Source of the DNA: Felis catus
Lineage: Eukaryota
DNA length: 64,000 bases
Assembly: GCF_018350175.1 (NCBI RefSeq)
Contig: NC_058368.1
Location: 52,391,815 to 52,455,814 of the forward strand
Reading direction: 5' to 3'
The position numbers were made by a program, and so were the translations under genes. Shown here one piece after another: positions 1 through 11,975 of this stretch. The notes beneath the pieces are model-generated. The model had not been told where the DNA came from and ran no database searches. It saw nothing but the letters and a program-made list of their open reading frames with translations. The stretch's first letter is position 1, and every line of letters begins with the position of its first letter.

Positions 1-109
1 GTAGTTTTCATCTTAGAATCTCCAGAGCTTACCACGTCGCTTCCTACCCTGTAGGTTAGACATATGACACGTAAAGAACTGTAAAGGAACGAGAAATCTG
101 GTATTTGTT

Positions 110-187
110 TTCAGTTATAGCACATCTTAATTTGGACTGGTCACAATTCAGGCGCTCAGGATACCTGTGGCTATAGGACAGTACAGC
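110..187. mobile_element. MER3/MER33-like hAT-Charlie MITE fragment
   Basis: gcacatcttaatttggactggtcaca...tgtggcta..ggacagtacag resembles the MER3/MER33 terminal region as I recall it. Confidence 0.5.
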
Positions 188-1405
188 TTTATTGCTCAAG
201 TCGCGCATGGGCTAAGATTACCTGAAAGAGGTATAGGAGGAATGAATGCATGAGTATTGAAGTAGACATAAAAGTAACCACCTTGACTTTATCGCATAAG
301 TAGAGATTATAAACCACCAAGGTTCTTTTAAAAAAGCGTATGTCTGTTGGCGTGGATGGGATGTTGAAGACCAGTGTATGTCAAGTTTTGAATCACCTGT
401 TCAAAACTTTACAATACCTTCTATTTGGATTAGCAGGTAATCAGAAGAATTTTTCACCGAAAATTTTTTTGCACCTAGATCCCAAAATATTTATTCATTA
501 GTCATATGTTGCTTTTATAAGTTTTTAGGGGGAAAATGGCCAGGTTTTTTATTTACTATAATCTTAATTCTCGAAACATGTTTCACTACAAGTTTGAAAC
601 ACATTTCAGAGTGATTTATTCTGGAGCAATTATGCCGCTTATCACTTTGATCTGCATATAACTTCAGGTCTGGCAGTAAATAAAATTGTATGTTCGTGTG
701 CCCACCCAATGGTGAAGACCCTGTAGGAAAGAAATGGTTAATGTCAAACTCCTAGGGCGGAACACCACCTATGTCAGGGTCCCCCCAGCCCCAGGAACAA
801 CTGAAAGATTCATAAAGGGTGAAGATGTTATGAAGGAGACGTTTTAAAACATCCTTGATAACATGTCCCCTTACAGAGTACATTTTACATGATACAAAAT
901 TGCATCCAAGAGAGAATTGGGTGAACCATTTCAAAAAGCATTTTCTAAAAACATGTCAGGGATAGAGAGAGAGAAATGATTTCTTTGCTGAAATAATATT
1001 TTTTTATTATTATTATTCAGAAAAGACCATCTTTTTAAATTTTTTTAAATTTTTAGTTATCCAGAAAATGTGTTTCTCTGAAAAGAGGTTGATTTTAACC
1101 CTCCTACAGTGAGGTACGTAGGAAGGAGTCTTTTGTATTGTATCCATGTAAAAGGGTCAGAGCTAGCGCAGGACATTCATTCCACTTACACCCAAATGTA
1201 CACGAATGTCCAGAACAGACTGCTGTCTTTCCACATCCTAGCTGAGTCACTACGCATCATCCAAATACTGAAGTTGGAAACCAAGGCTCCAGAAAATCAG
1301 CAGCTATGCTTAAGCCATTATTGCCGCATCATTTGATTCATCTACTACACTCGCCAGCGATGGCCAGAATTTTAAAAAGATGCATTTTAAAATTTAAATG
1401 TTCAC

Positions 1406-1540
1406 GGGGCGCCTGGGTGGCTCCGTCGGTTAAGCGTCCGACTTCGGCTCAGGGCATGATCTCCCGGTTCGTGAGTTCGAGCCCCGCATCGGGCTCTGTG
1501 CTGACAGCTTGGAGCCTGGAGCCTGCTTCGGATTCTGTGA

Positions 1541-1587
<47 letters not shown>

Positions 1588-1654
1588 CCTCCCCCGCTCG
1601 CACTCTGTCTCTCTCTCAAAAATAAATAAAACGTTAAAAAAATTTTTTTTAATC
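1406..1654 (+). mobile_element. CanSINE (felid SINEC_Fc type)
   Basis: GGGGCGCCTGGGTGGCTC head with A/B boxes, (CT)n tract, AATAAA tail; perfect TSD tttaaaatttaaatgttca at 1386-1404 and 1655-1673. Confidence 0.97.
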
Positions 1655-2375
1655 TTTAAAATTTAAATGTTCATGGATTAAACAAGTTAACGTATTATGT
1701 TCAAATGAATGGATTTAAGATTTTTCTGCCTCAATTTAACGATTGTATGGCCAGTTTGCCAAATTCGGTGACGGCCACTGGTTTGGTTCTCAAATTAGTA
1801 ACAACAACCCTCCCCCAAAGCAGCTATTCCACTTATATTAATTTATATTTCATTCCCTTGAGCTTGAGACAGAGTCCAGACTAACTGTATTTCCCCAAAG
1901 GAAATATAGTGGTTCTTTTATTTGCAGAGTTGGAGGAATTTTTTGTGTTTTTTTTTTCCCTTTCCAAATACACAAGTCATCTTGTGCAGTAAAGCGTGCT
2001 TGTCAACACACATGTCAGCCCACTTTAAAAAGAATAGTCTGAGAAAAAAATAAAAAGTAAATTATTTAAGTGGAGTTGTAGAGGAAGCTTGAAAGAGTTC
2101 TGTTTGGAAGGTTTCTTTGCTTCTCTCTGCCAATGGAAGGGAGACTCTGGATCTCTCACTAGTGAGCTTCTGTCATAACTAGGGCTGACAGTTCACATCG
2201 AAAATTCTGTTTTCTTCCTTCCCAGGAAAGCAAGTCAAAGTTAAGCCAACAAACTGTTGTTGGCAAGTACCTTACTTTTGTTTCCTCTTCTTTATATTAG
2301 CCATTTCGGTTTTGTGGAGTATTTGTGAATGGGTTTCCAGGATTTTGGACCACAGATTTGAGTTGGTATTAAATA

Positions 2376-2377
<2 letters not shown>

Positions 2378-2410
<33 letters not shown>

Positions 2411-2428
2411 AAAGAAAAAGAAAAAAAG
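2378..2428 (+). repeat. poly(A)/A-rich tract
   Basis: About 31 A followed by GAAAA units. Confidence 0.9.
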
Positions 2429-4506
2429 TACGGAGACTTTGTGATGAAGAGTGGCATTACCTGAATGCAGTATTTCAAATGAAGAAAGAAAACAGAAGTA
2501 TGATCGTGTGGAGAAAACACATAGCAAACAGTCTTACCAAAACCCCTGTTAGAATACCATTATAATTTCTCAAGCTACAGTTGAACTTGGCAGTGAACTA
2601 TCTTAGGGTAGCCTATTCCAGTTGAGTTGTCCGTCAAATTTATTACAGCTAACTGAATTCCATTAACTTTGGCACATGAATAATTACAAGGAATTCAAGA
2701 AGGGGTCAAAAAACTGTATTGTACAGCATTTTTGTCTCGTGTAGAAATTGTTAACGAAAATGCTCTGTCTCTATTTTAGTTTACTTTTCAAATCTATCCC
2801 GTCAATGTGTAGTTTGGGATCAACTTTTCCTAAGTATTTATAGAGGGTAACTTTCGGCTTCATTTTAAGGCGTTCCACAGGTGTGACATATTTTATGAAA
2901 AACTAATTTATAAAACTCTAAACCTGACAAACACAGGTGAACAGAGCAGAGATGATATTCTTCACAGTAAGAGACGAAGTGATTATTTTACAGAAAGATT
3001 CCCTTTACACTTAGGAAAGTTCTTTGCATACAACATACAACAATTTTATGTTCTGGCAATCCATTATCCTCTAACTTTGGGGGACTATTTTATTTATACT
3101 TCTACCCTGTTACGGGCAATTTTATAAAATATTAAATCACTACAAATTACATGATAATCGGGGGAGTGACTAGTTGTATCCAGATTGTCTCCGAGACACC
3201 GGCAGGCGTGAGATGGGTAAACATACAAAACACTTCCGTATAGGTTTTGTGTGTGTGTAAGGTCCACGTTTATGTGTGTTTACCACACGTACGCGTATCA
3301 GTGTTCGACTCGCTGACTTCTCTGTAGATAATACGGTATCTGCAAGCCCAGTTCATTAAGGTTAATTTGTTCAAAAATATTAGAATCATTAATTTCTGGC
3401 TTATAGCTAATGGCTGTTCTCAGCCAGTGTCTTGCTTCATCATTAGTGTCACTGAGATGATAACTCACACCCAACTGTTTTTACACTATCTAATAGAATC
3501 AATTGATGCAATGGTTGACAAGACACTGTTTTGCATTTTGTCATCACACTAATGCACATGGCTTAAAGGCATTGGCATCCATAATGTGGGGCAGTTTTGT
3601 AGGAGACTAGAATAGGCTGAAGCTGCAAGGGCCATTTTCATAAAATATTAATGAAATTGAAAAATACACTGGGGTTGAAGGCTTGTCTGCTAAACGCAAG
3701 GTAAAATCTATTCTGTTCTGCTTTCTGATGACTGTAATTAGCAGCCCTAATTAAAAATTCAAACCTTGTGTATATTTGAAAGCATGAATCTTAGCTCGCA
3801 TCGTGTTTATTTCCTTTACAAAGTATTTTATTTTACAACACTAATTGAACAGGATCCTTCCTAGTCCGACAGCCGCAGCTGGCTGGAGCCAGTTTATGTA
3901 TCCAGTCTCTCAAGACTACTTCCTTTTGTAAGCAATAAAACATCTTTAAAAAACATGTATATGCTCTCTATGAGCCATTAACTCTGTGCCATCCAGCACC
4001 GGGCTGGTCTTCTCCTCACACATTGTTTTTTTTTTCTTCACTTAAATGTGACCTCTTTGAAGAGGCTGCTTTTTTCCGATCTTCAATATTTAATGTGGAT
4101 TTACTTACATTAAATGACCACCTTACTGAAGGAGCGAAGGCCCACTTCTGACATTATTTATGAACCGCATACGCTGTGCAAAAACACGGAAGGAATTGCC
4201 CAGGAATACCTATTAGTTTCAGTAGAAAAATCTACTTTTTTACCATTGTTTTCTGAAGTTATTTTGAAATTTGTGGTCAGAGCATTGATGTCTCACTGGG
4301 GAACGGGAGACAGCAACCGAAGGACAAATTGATTAGAATCGTGTTGCTTGGAGAGAAGAGAGATCAGGCCGGGAGGGCAGGGCCGGGGCTGGAAATGCGG
4401 CAGAGCCAGGATCTGAAAAGGTCAGAGGTGTTAAAAAAAAAGTGTTGGTTTAAATAATGACAAAAACAAACTTTGTTTTAAATGGTATTTATTAACTATT
4501 GACAAC

Positions 4507-6047
4507 GAGAAAGAGGAGGAGAAGGAAGAGGATGAGGAGGTGGAGGGGGAGGAGGAGGAGTTGGAGGAGGAGGAGAAGGTGGAGGGGGAGGAGGGGGAGG
4601 AGGAGGAGTTGGAGGAGAAAAAAAGGAGGAGGAGGTGGTGGAGGAAGATGGGGAGGAGGAGGAGGAGGGGAGGAGAAGGAGAAGGAGTTGGAGGAAGATG
4701 AGGAGGAGATGGAGGTGAAGGGGGAAGAGGAGGAGGAGGAGGTAGAGGAGAAGGAGGAGGAGTTGGAGGAAGATGAGGAGGAGGTGGAGGGGGACGAGGA
4801 AGAGGAAAAGGAGGAGGAAGAGAAGGAGGAGGAGGAGAAGGAGGAGGAGTTGGAGGAAGATGAGGAGGAGGTGGAAGGGGAGGAGGAGGAAAAGGAGGAG
4901 GAGAAGGAAGAGGATGAGGAGGTGGAGGGGGAGGAGGAGGAGTTGGAGGAGGAGGAGAAGGTGGAGGGGGAGGAGGAGGAGTTGGAGGAGAAGAAAAAGG
5001 AGGAGGAGGAGGGGGGGGAGGAGGAGGAGTTGGAGGAAGATGAAGAGGAGGGGGAGGAGGAGGAGAAGGAGGAGGAGGAGGAAAAGGAAGAGGATGAGGA
5101 GGTGGAGGGGGAGGGTGGAGGTGGTGGAGGAGGAGGAGGAGAAGGTGGAGGTGGAGGAGGAGGAGGAGTTGAAGGAGAAGAAAAAGGAGGAGGAGGGGGA
5201 GGAAGAGGAGGAGGAGTTGGAGGAAGATGAGGAGGAGGTGGAGGGGGAGGAGGAGGAGGAGTTGGAGGAGAAGAAAAAGGAGGAGGGGGGAGGAAGAGGA
5301 GGAGGAGTTGGAGGAAGATGAGGAGGAGATGGAAGGGGAGGAGGAGGAAAAGGAGGAGGAGAAGGAAGAGGATGAGGAGGTGGAGGGGGAGGAGGAGGAG
5401 TTGGAGGAGAAGAAAAAGGAGGAGGAGGAGGGGGAGGAGGAGGAGTTGGAGGAAGATGAGGAAGAGGTGGAGGGGGAGGAGGAGGAGGAGGAGGAGAAGG
5501 ACGAGGATGAGGAGGTGGAGGGGGAGGAGGAGGAGGAGGAGGTGGAGGAAGATGGGGAGGAGATGGAGGTGGAGGGGGAAAAGGAGGAGGAGGAAGTAGA
5601 GGAGAAGGAGGAGGAGGAGCAGTTGGAGGAAGATGAGGAGGAGGTGGAGGGGGACGAGGAGGAGGAAAAGGAGGAGGAGGAGAAGGAGGAGGAGGAGAAG
5701 GAGGAGGAGTTGGAGGAAGATGAGGAGGAGGTGGAAGGGGAGGAGGAGGAAAAGGAGGAGGAGAAGGAAGAGGATGAGGAGGTGGAGGGGGAGGAGGAGG
5801 AGTTGGAGGAGGAGGAGAAGGTGGAGGGGGAGGAGGAGGAGTTGGAGGAAGATGAGGAGGAGGTGGAGGGGGAGGAGGAGGAGGAGAAGGAGGAGGAGGA
5901 GGAGGAGAAGGAAGAGGATGAGCAGGTGGAGGGGGAGGAGGAGGAAGAGGAGTTGGAGGAAGATGAGGAGGAGGTAGAGGGGGAGGAGGAGGAGGAGAAG
6001 GAGGAGATGGAGGAGGAACAGGAGGAAGATGAGGAGGAGGAGGAGAA
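4507..6047 (+). repeat. Degenerate (GAG)n purine-rich minisatellite with higher-order units
   Basis: Almost entirely G/A with triplet periodicity; recurring variants GTG, TTG, GAT, AAG, GGG; 4761-4989 is repeated nearly exactly at 5621-5849. Confidence 0.97.
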
Positions 6048-6124
6048 AAGACACTTGAATTATGTTCAGAAGCAATTGGGAGAGGTAGCACCTGTCTTTT
6101 CATTGGTCTGCTCATCTTTTTATC

Positions 6125-6260
6125 TCTGGACTTCAATTTCCTCAGCTGTAAAATGGGAATGATTGTAATTGCCTTGCTTAGTTGTTCTATTTACCTAACA
6201 GGGTTCTTCGAAGACTCCAAAGAGTAGACCTATGAAAACACTTTGACAACTCTAAAACAA
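6125..6260 (+). mobile_element. MIR fragment
   Basis: cttcaatttcctcagctgtaaaatgggaatgat matches the MIR core. Confidence 0.7.
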
Positions 6261-9200
6261 CAGGCAAACACCTGGGTTACCTTGAGGTCTATTCTTCTCT
6301 GCAAGTCACTCAAACCGGGGACAGAAAATGACACCAAACTCATGATCAATACTATCAGAATTACACTTACAGTTGGCACAACCCGATTGACAGAGCTCAT
6401 TCACTGAACTTGCCTCGAGGATTCAAAGAAAATGTCCACAGAACCAAGGATCAAGTCCTTTCCCTGTATACCTTCATGAAGTTTTGATCTGATTTTCCCA
6501 GACACTCCATTCCCAATGTGTGGCTGGAATTTGCGAGCAAAAACGTCGGTCGTTGCATTGGACTGAACTATTATAGTTGCTTACCCACTAATCCATTGCT
6601 CCAAACGATTAAATGAATAAATGAGCACCTACATTGAATGGTAAAAGGTTAGCAGCAACTATTTAAAAACAAATAGTTTTCTATACTGGGAATTAGACAG
6701 GTTATTTTATACAACTGCACACCGTTCAGTTCATAGAATCATCTGGCCTTCGCTACGGGCATGGGATCTATATTCCTTACACATGGAGATTTCTCACCAA
6801 AGGAAATGAAAGTTTTTCTGGAGTAAGGAGTATTGAACACGAGGCTATTAAGAGGAGATGAGGCCTGCTAATATTTGGATTATTGATTTCTCAAGTGAAA
6901 ATGTTATGATCCACCTCCCCCTTTTCCACAAATACACATTTACTTAATCTATTGAGCAGTTAGCTGCTTTCTTTTCTATCTGAGAATCTGACCCAGTGAC
7001 TTTACAGATGGCTAGAGGACGCAGAGAGAAGGGGGCTTCTGAAAGGTCAGAGGCGATGAATGGAGGGCCAGCTGTATCTCCAGGCCTGGGTGAAGCTGCT
7101 CTCAGAGCTTATACCAGCCCCAGAGGGACAGGCCGGGAGGACGCTGCTGTCTTAAAGACACACAACACATCCCAAAGTGGTCACACGTCCGGATGTCACG
7201 TCTCCTAAGGGCGCTCCAGAGGGCGAGCAGTCTCCTCACGGCTGAATGGAGTTAGCCAGCGCGGCCACCCTTCTGTAGGGAATGGGGCCTCTTGGTGCCC
7301 AGGGGATGTGCCATGTCACTTTCCAGGCATACAGGAGAACAAGGTTCACTTCCTCGCGTTCCCACCTCTGCCCTGAAGCATTCCAGAGGCCTGGCGATAA
7401 AAATGTACCCTCGGCTCTGCCCCCCCGCAGAACTGTCCTCTCTGCATCTACAAGATTCCACCGAGCTGGCCCTCTTCTCGAGGACTCCTACTCGACTCGG
7501 AATTGCTCTTTGCTGCCACCGTCCAGGGTGGCTTGAGCCTGCCCTTGAGCGGTCTGGCCAGCAGACAGCAAGAATGTCGCGACAGCTGCCTTGCTCCTCT
7601 GAGCACCAAAGCCTGGGGTTCCGGGACTTCAGAAGATGGGCCCCTCCCCCTCCCTCTGGCCTTGAGCCTCCACTATTTTTCTTTAGAGCAGGATGCTAGA
7701 GAGAACATGCTAAGGCATGAGGCAAGAGTTGAATAAAAACGGAGGAAAAGCTCATTCTAGAAGAACTGGAGCAGCTTTTATTTATGTGGAGGTAGAGAAG
7801 CGGGGAGTTTGGAGCAAGGCCCTCCCATCTGGTCTGGGTTACTGAGAAAGGTCACTGCGGATCCTAGACACAACTTCAACACCAGCACCATTGCTATTGG
7901 AGGCTTTGCCCTGTGCTTCTAGCACCTACGTATAACTTCCCCCCGACCCTGCCCACCCTGCCTGGAGAGCACCTTCCAATCAGACTCTAAGTCTTTCCTT
8001 AGAAATCGATGAAAATCTGTACCAAGAGACACTCAAAAATCTAGATCTTCTATTCCCTTTCTCAAATCGCCCCTGATCCAAAAATTACCTTTCCCTTTTC
8101 TCCCTCTTTCTTCCATAAAATCCCTACTTTCCCAGTCAAGATGAGCTCAAATAGAGTAAAGAAATCAGCAAACTGACTGAACTAACTCCTCCAAGAATAT
8201 GAACAACCTTCTCTGACTATTGACAACTTAACAGAAGCAGCTCCACAAGAAATAAGTGACTCTGGGCTTCACGGCCATGGCAATGGCCCTCCCCACAGGT
8301 TTTGCCTCTGAAGAATCTGGATGCAGTCAGAAGGCAGGCCAGGAGTAGAGCAGCCCCTAACTGAACACGGCTCATATCTCATTGGTCTCCGTGGATGATT
8401 TATCCATTCTGTATGGTTATGTGCTCATGCCACAGGATTTCCTGCTCACAGCTGAAGAAAGATTGGAGGTAGCAGTGGTCATGACTGTGTGATGGAGACG
8501 AGAACAATCAGTTTTGTATTGCCCACACCGACCAAGTGATCGGACATCTCTTTTGTCTACGGGTCTGTATTTGGGATCACCAATGTGAATCCGTTTGGGA
8601 AGAAAAATGCTTTACACTTTATCTTCTGGAAGGCATTCAGTAGGTCACTAGTGCCTTTTCGAAATGAAGGTTCAGAACCCACAAAAAAGAAATACAGCCC
8701 ACAGTGCACTGCATGATGCCTATGAAATTTCTAGAAAGACCTTCTTGAACAATAAAAAACTAAAACATCCACTTTTTGGATGATCGTGCTTTTCTGTTTA
8801 TCCCCCTTTTCAGCTCAACTCTTATGAGCTCTTCTCCTCCTCTCCATTGGGCTTACTCTCTGAGCCAGGAATAATGTGTGTGTGTTTTACTTCAGCAATT
8901 CACCCTGCCCACCCATGGATGAATAACTAGTGGGGTCCGGGCAGGACTTGAGATGAGATGTGCACACTAACTACAATTCACCAGCTTGTTATTGTTGTAT
9001 TATTTATTCTCTATGTAAGATACTTCTTCTGAGATACCCAAAGTACTTTCTACACACTAAATAAATGATTAAACCTCAGAACCCTGCTATGAGGCAAGTG
9101 GATTTGTAGAGATGTTGGGAAAAGCAGGAGAAAACTAAATCCCACGTGTGGAAAATAACAATTCATCACACAAGGTGAAGATGGCAATTTCTGGCTCTAA

Positions 9201-9618
9201 AGGTGTAGAAAGCAGGGAACATCAACCAGCGCATTGACCACCTTGAATTATGCCTTCTTTTTTCCTCTCTACCCTCTCTCCTACGCACCCATGCTATCCA
9301 AAGCCCTGTCACATATCCATTAAGCTGCCTGTCATTGCACAGGTAGGAGAGCATATGCTAATATAAACACAACTGCATTTCTTAAACCTTACCTTTGGCC
9401 TAATATTACTGAATTGATTGTACTGTGCAGAGATTCGCTTAAATTAACCGGCTCCATCATAGGCTGACAGACTAGCACGGAAATCTAGATTATCTCAGAG
9501 TTTAAGCTCTTCTTCGTGATTCGTTTCGTGGCCAGCCAATCTGAATTATTCTCCCTCTGACTTATTCTCTTAGCACTCTTACAATTTTCCTTCAAAAACA
9601 TTTTTAAAAATTTTTGGG

Positions 9619-9830
9619 GGGGCGCCTGGGTGGCTCAGTCGGTTAAGCGTCTGACTTCAGCTCAGGTCACGATCTCACAGTCCGCAAGTTTGAGCCCCGC
9701 GTCGGGCTGATGGCTCAGAGCCTGGAGCCTGTTTCCGATTCTGTGTCTCCCTCTCTCTCTGCCCCTCCCCCGTTCATGCTGTGTCTCTCTCTGTCTCAAA
9801 AATAAATAAACGTTAAAAAAAATTTTTTTT
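9619..9830 (+). mobile_element. CanSINE (young felid type)
   Basis: Canonical head, gatggctcagagcctggagcctg body, CT tract and A tail. Confidence 0.95.
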
Positions 9831-9839
9831 AATTTTTTT

Positions 9840-10049
9840 GGAAGTTTTTTGTTGATTTTGAGAGAGAGAGAGCATGGGACAGGCAGAGAGAGACAGAGAC
9901 AGAGAGAGAGAGAGGGAGAGAGAGAGAATCCCAAGCAGGCTCCACACTGCCAACACAGAGCCCGACATCAGCTGGAACTCATGAACCCTGAGATCATGAC
10001 CTGAGCCAAACCAAGAATTGGACACTTAACTGAGTCACCCAGGCACCCC
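9840..10049 (-). mobile_element. CanSINE (older), tail-to-tail with the previous copy
   Basis: (GA)n tract then reverse-complement body ending tgagtcacccaggcaccc. Confidence 0.92.
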
Positions 10050-10249
10050 TTCCTCCACCAACTTTTAACAATTTATATTGCTCTATTTTTATGTGTATTT
10101 GTTTTAATGCATGATTTCTCCAATAAACTCTAAGTTCCATATGAGTAAAGATTCACTCTCTTTTCTAAGCTTTTAGCACAACGCTTGGCACATTATTAGG
10201 CACTCAACAAATAGTGGTTTAATAAACAGAGAGGTGAACAAATGGCAAA

Positions 10250-10800
10250 CATAGATTTGGGATTAAAATAGATCTAAATTTGATTCCTGATTTCACTTCT
10301 TCCAAGTTATGTTACTTTGAGAAACTACAGTTGAAAATACAGTTGAGTTTTAGGGATTCAGAATTAGGAGCCCCAACCACCTACCAATTGAAAATCCATG
10401 TATACTTTTGGCTCCTCCAAAATTGAACTATTAAGAACCTACTACACAACAGAAGCCTTACTGCTAACACAAACAGTTGATTAACACGTTTTGTATGTTG
10501 TATGCATTATATACTGTATTCCTACAGTAAAGTACACTAGAAAAAAGAACGTGTTACTAAGAGAGTCATAAGGAAGAGAACATACATTTACATTCCTGTG
10601 CTGTATTGAAAAAATAATGTGCATGTAAGTAGATCTGTGCTGTTCAAAACCATGCTGTTCAAGGGTCTACGGTAATTTAACCTCTGAACTTCGGTTTCCT
10701 CATCTATAAAACAGAGCTGATAATACCTGTCTCAGAGGACACTTAAGATGATTTAGTTGGGTGATATATGACAGATTTTAAGAACTGAGGAAATGTTAGT
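10250..10800 (+). mobile_element. MIR interrupted by a Tigger2-type element
   Basis: tttgattcctg...gttactttgagaaacta on the left and atttaacctctgaacttcggtttcctcatctataaaa on the right join into a MIR core. Confidence 0.65.
10340..10672 (+). mobile_element. Tigger2/MER8/MER28-like TcMar MITE
   Basis: Starts TA|cagttga; internal gaaaatccatgtata...agaagccttactgctaacacaaacagttgattaacac; ends ctgttcaagggtctacgg|TA. Confidence 0.85.
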
Positions 10801-11314
10801 ATTCTATAAGTTAGGATTTGATGTCCAGATTCACAGACTTAAAAAAAAATGTCATTTCATCTATCAAAACCCATCAAATAATTGTGTTGAAGTCACAGCT
10901 ATTGCAAATGTAATTTTAATATAGACTTGGAGTCATATCTCATTCATTTCTGGGTTCCACACAGCATTAGAAATGGGCCTTGCATACAGAATGGGCTCAA
11001 TAAATATGTTCTGAGTGAATTAGCTAATTTTATAGATAAGGAAACTGAGCTCAGAGAATACCCGGGACTTGCCTAAAGCCACACAAATAGTCTAAAGACC
11101 AGAAGAAGGTTTTTATATTCTGACCCCCATCTAACAATCTTATTACTAAAACATATTGCCTGATTTTAATCATAGATCAAATATCACATTTAATAACATT
11201 AAGAGTAATTCATTTGAATACAAGACTCAGCAGCCACTTAAAATACAAAGATTGTCTTCTTTGGGTATTTTATTTTATTTTATTTATTTTATGTTATTTT
11301 ATTGTTTTCTTTAG

Positions 11315-11540
11315 ATATCGTAGTAAAAAATATGGGCTTTAGAGAAAATATTGCCTAGTTTCAAATCTCAGTTGTCCCATTTCCAAGGTGATACTGGAAA
11401 ATTACTAAGGTATGGGGGGGCCTCAGTTTCCTCTTATGTAGTTGTGGATATTGCAGATTGTTATATAATTTTGCTAATAATTACATGAGATAACGTGTAA
11501 AGCACATAATATTTTCTAGGTAAGTATTCAATAGCAGAGG
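11315..11540 (+). mobile_element. MIR
   Basis: tttcaaatctcag...gcctcagtttcctc...atgagataacgtgtaaagcac...taagtattcaata. Confidence 0.7.
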
Positions 11541-11844
11541 TGACGATAGGGGTGAAGCAGTAGCAATAATAATAGTGTTTATTTTTACTAAGCTTATTTG
11601 TATTTATTTAGTGCTTCCTTCACTTACTAACAATACTTTAAAACACATTTGTCATTTTCATTTCTGCTGTTTCCTCTTATCTTGCAAAACTGGAGTATCT
11701 TGGATTGCATATGCTTCGTGGTTTCTGTTTCGCTCACAAAATTATAGCAATTTTGGTACTTCCATGATTCTGCCTCGTCCCTAAAATATATGCAATATAA
11801 ATTGTTTGCATCCAATAATAAGCAGAATGAAATTTATGTCACTA

Positions 11845-11975
11845 GAGTTGCCCTCATGAATGGTGTGATCAGTTTGTCTGGGACTGTCCCATTTACTCCA
11901 GTTGCTCTGATATAATTGTTGATAGAACCCCTTTTGCCCTCAAAATGTGACAGTTTTAGCCAATAATAAAACCTC
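11845..11975 (-). mobile_element. MER94-like hAT MITE
   Basis: gtttgtctgggactgtccc...ataattgttgatagaaccccttt..ccctcaaaatgtg resembles MER94. Confidence 0.6.

Noticed and set aside
1306..1629. Recurrent GAWVAQSVKRPTSAQ-type ORFs (also near 19111, 32180, 36458, 49210, 49742)
   Set aside because: Translations of CanSINE sequence, not a gene family.
2226..2262. Plus-strand 37-nt micro-exon (ttttcttccttcccag|...|gcaagt)
   Set aside because: Non-canonical GC donor, not a multiple of three, and no partner plus-strand exons found.
4492..6162. Long ORFs (527, 546, 311 and 243 aa) as real CDS, or as RPGR exon ORF15
   Set aside because: They follow from the stop-poor (GAG)n repeat. There is no in-phase ATG or acceptor, no RPGR ORF15 basic C-terminus or other RPGR exons, and the 3' end overlaps a MIR.
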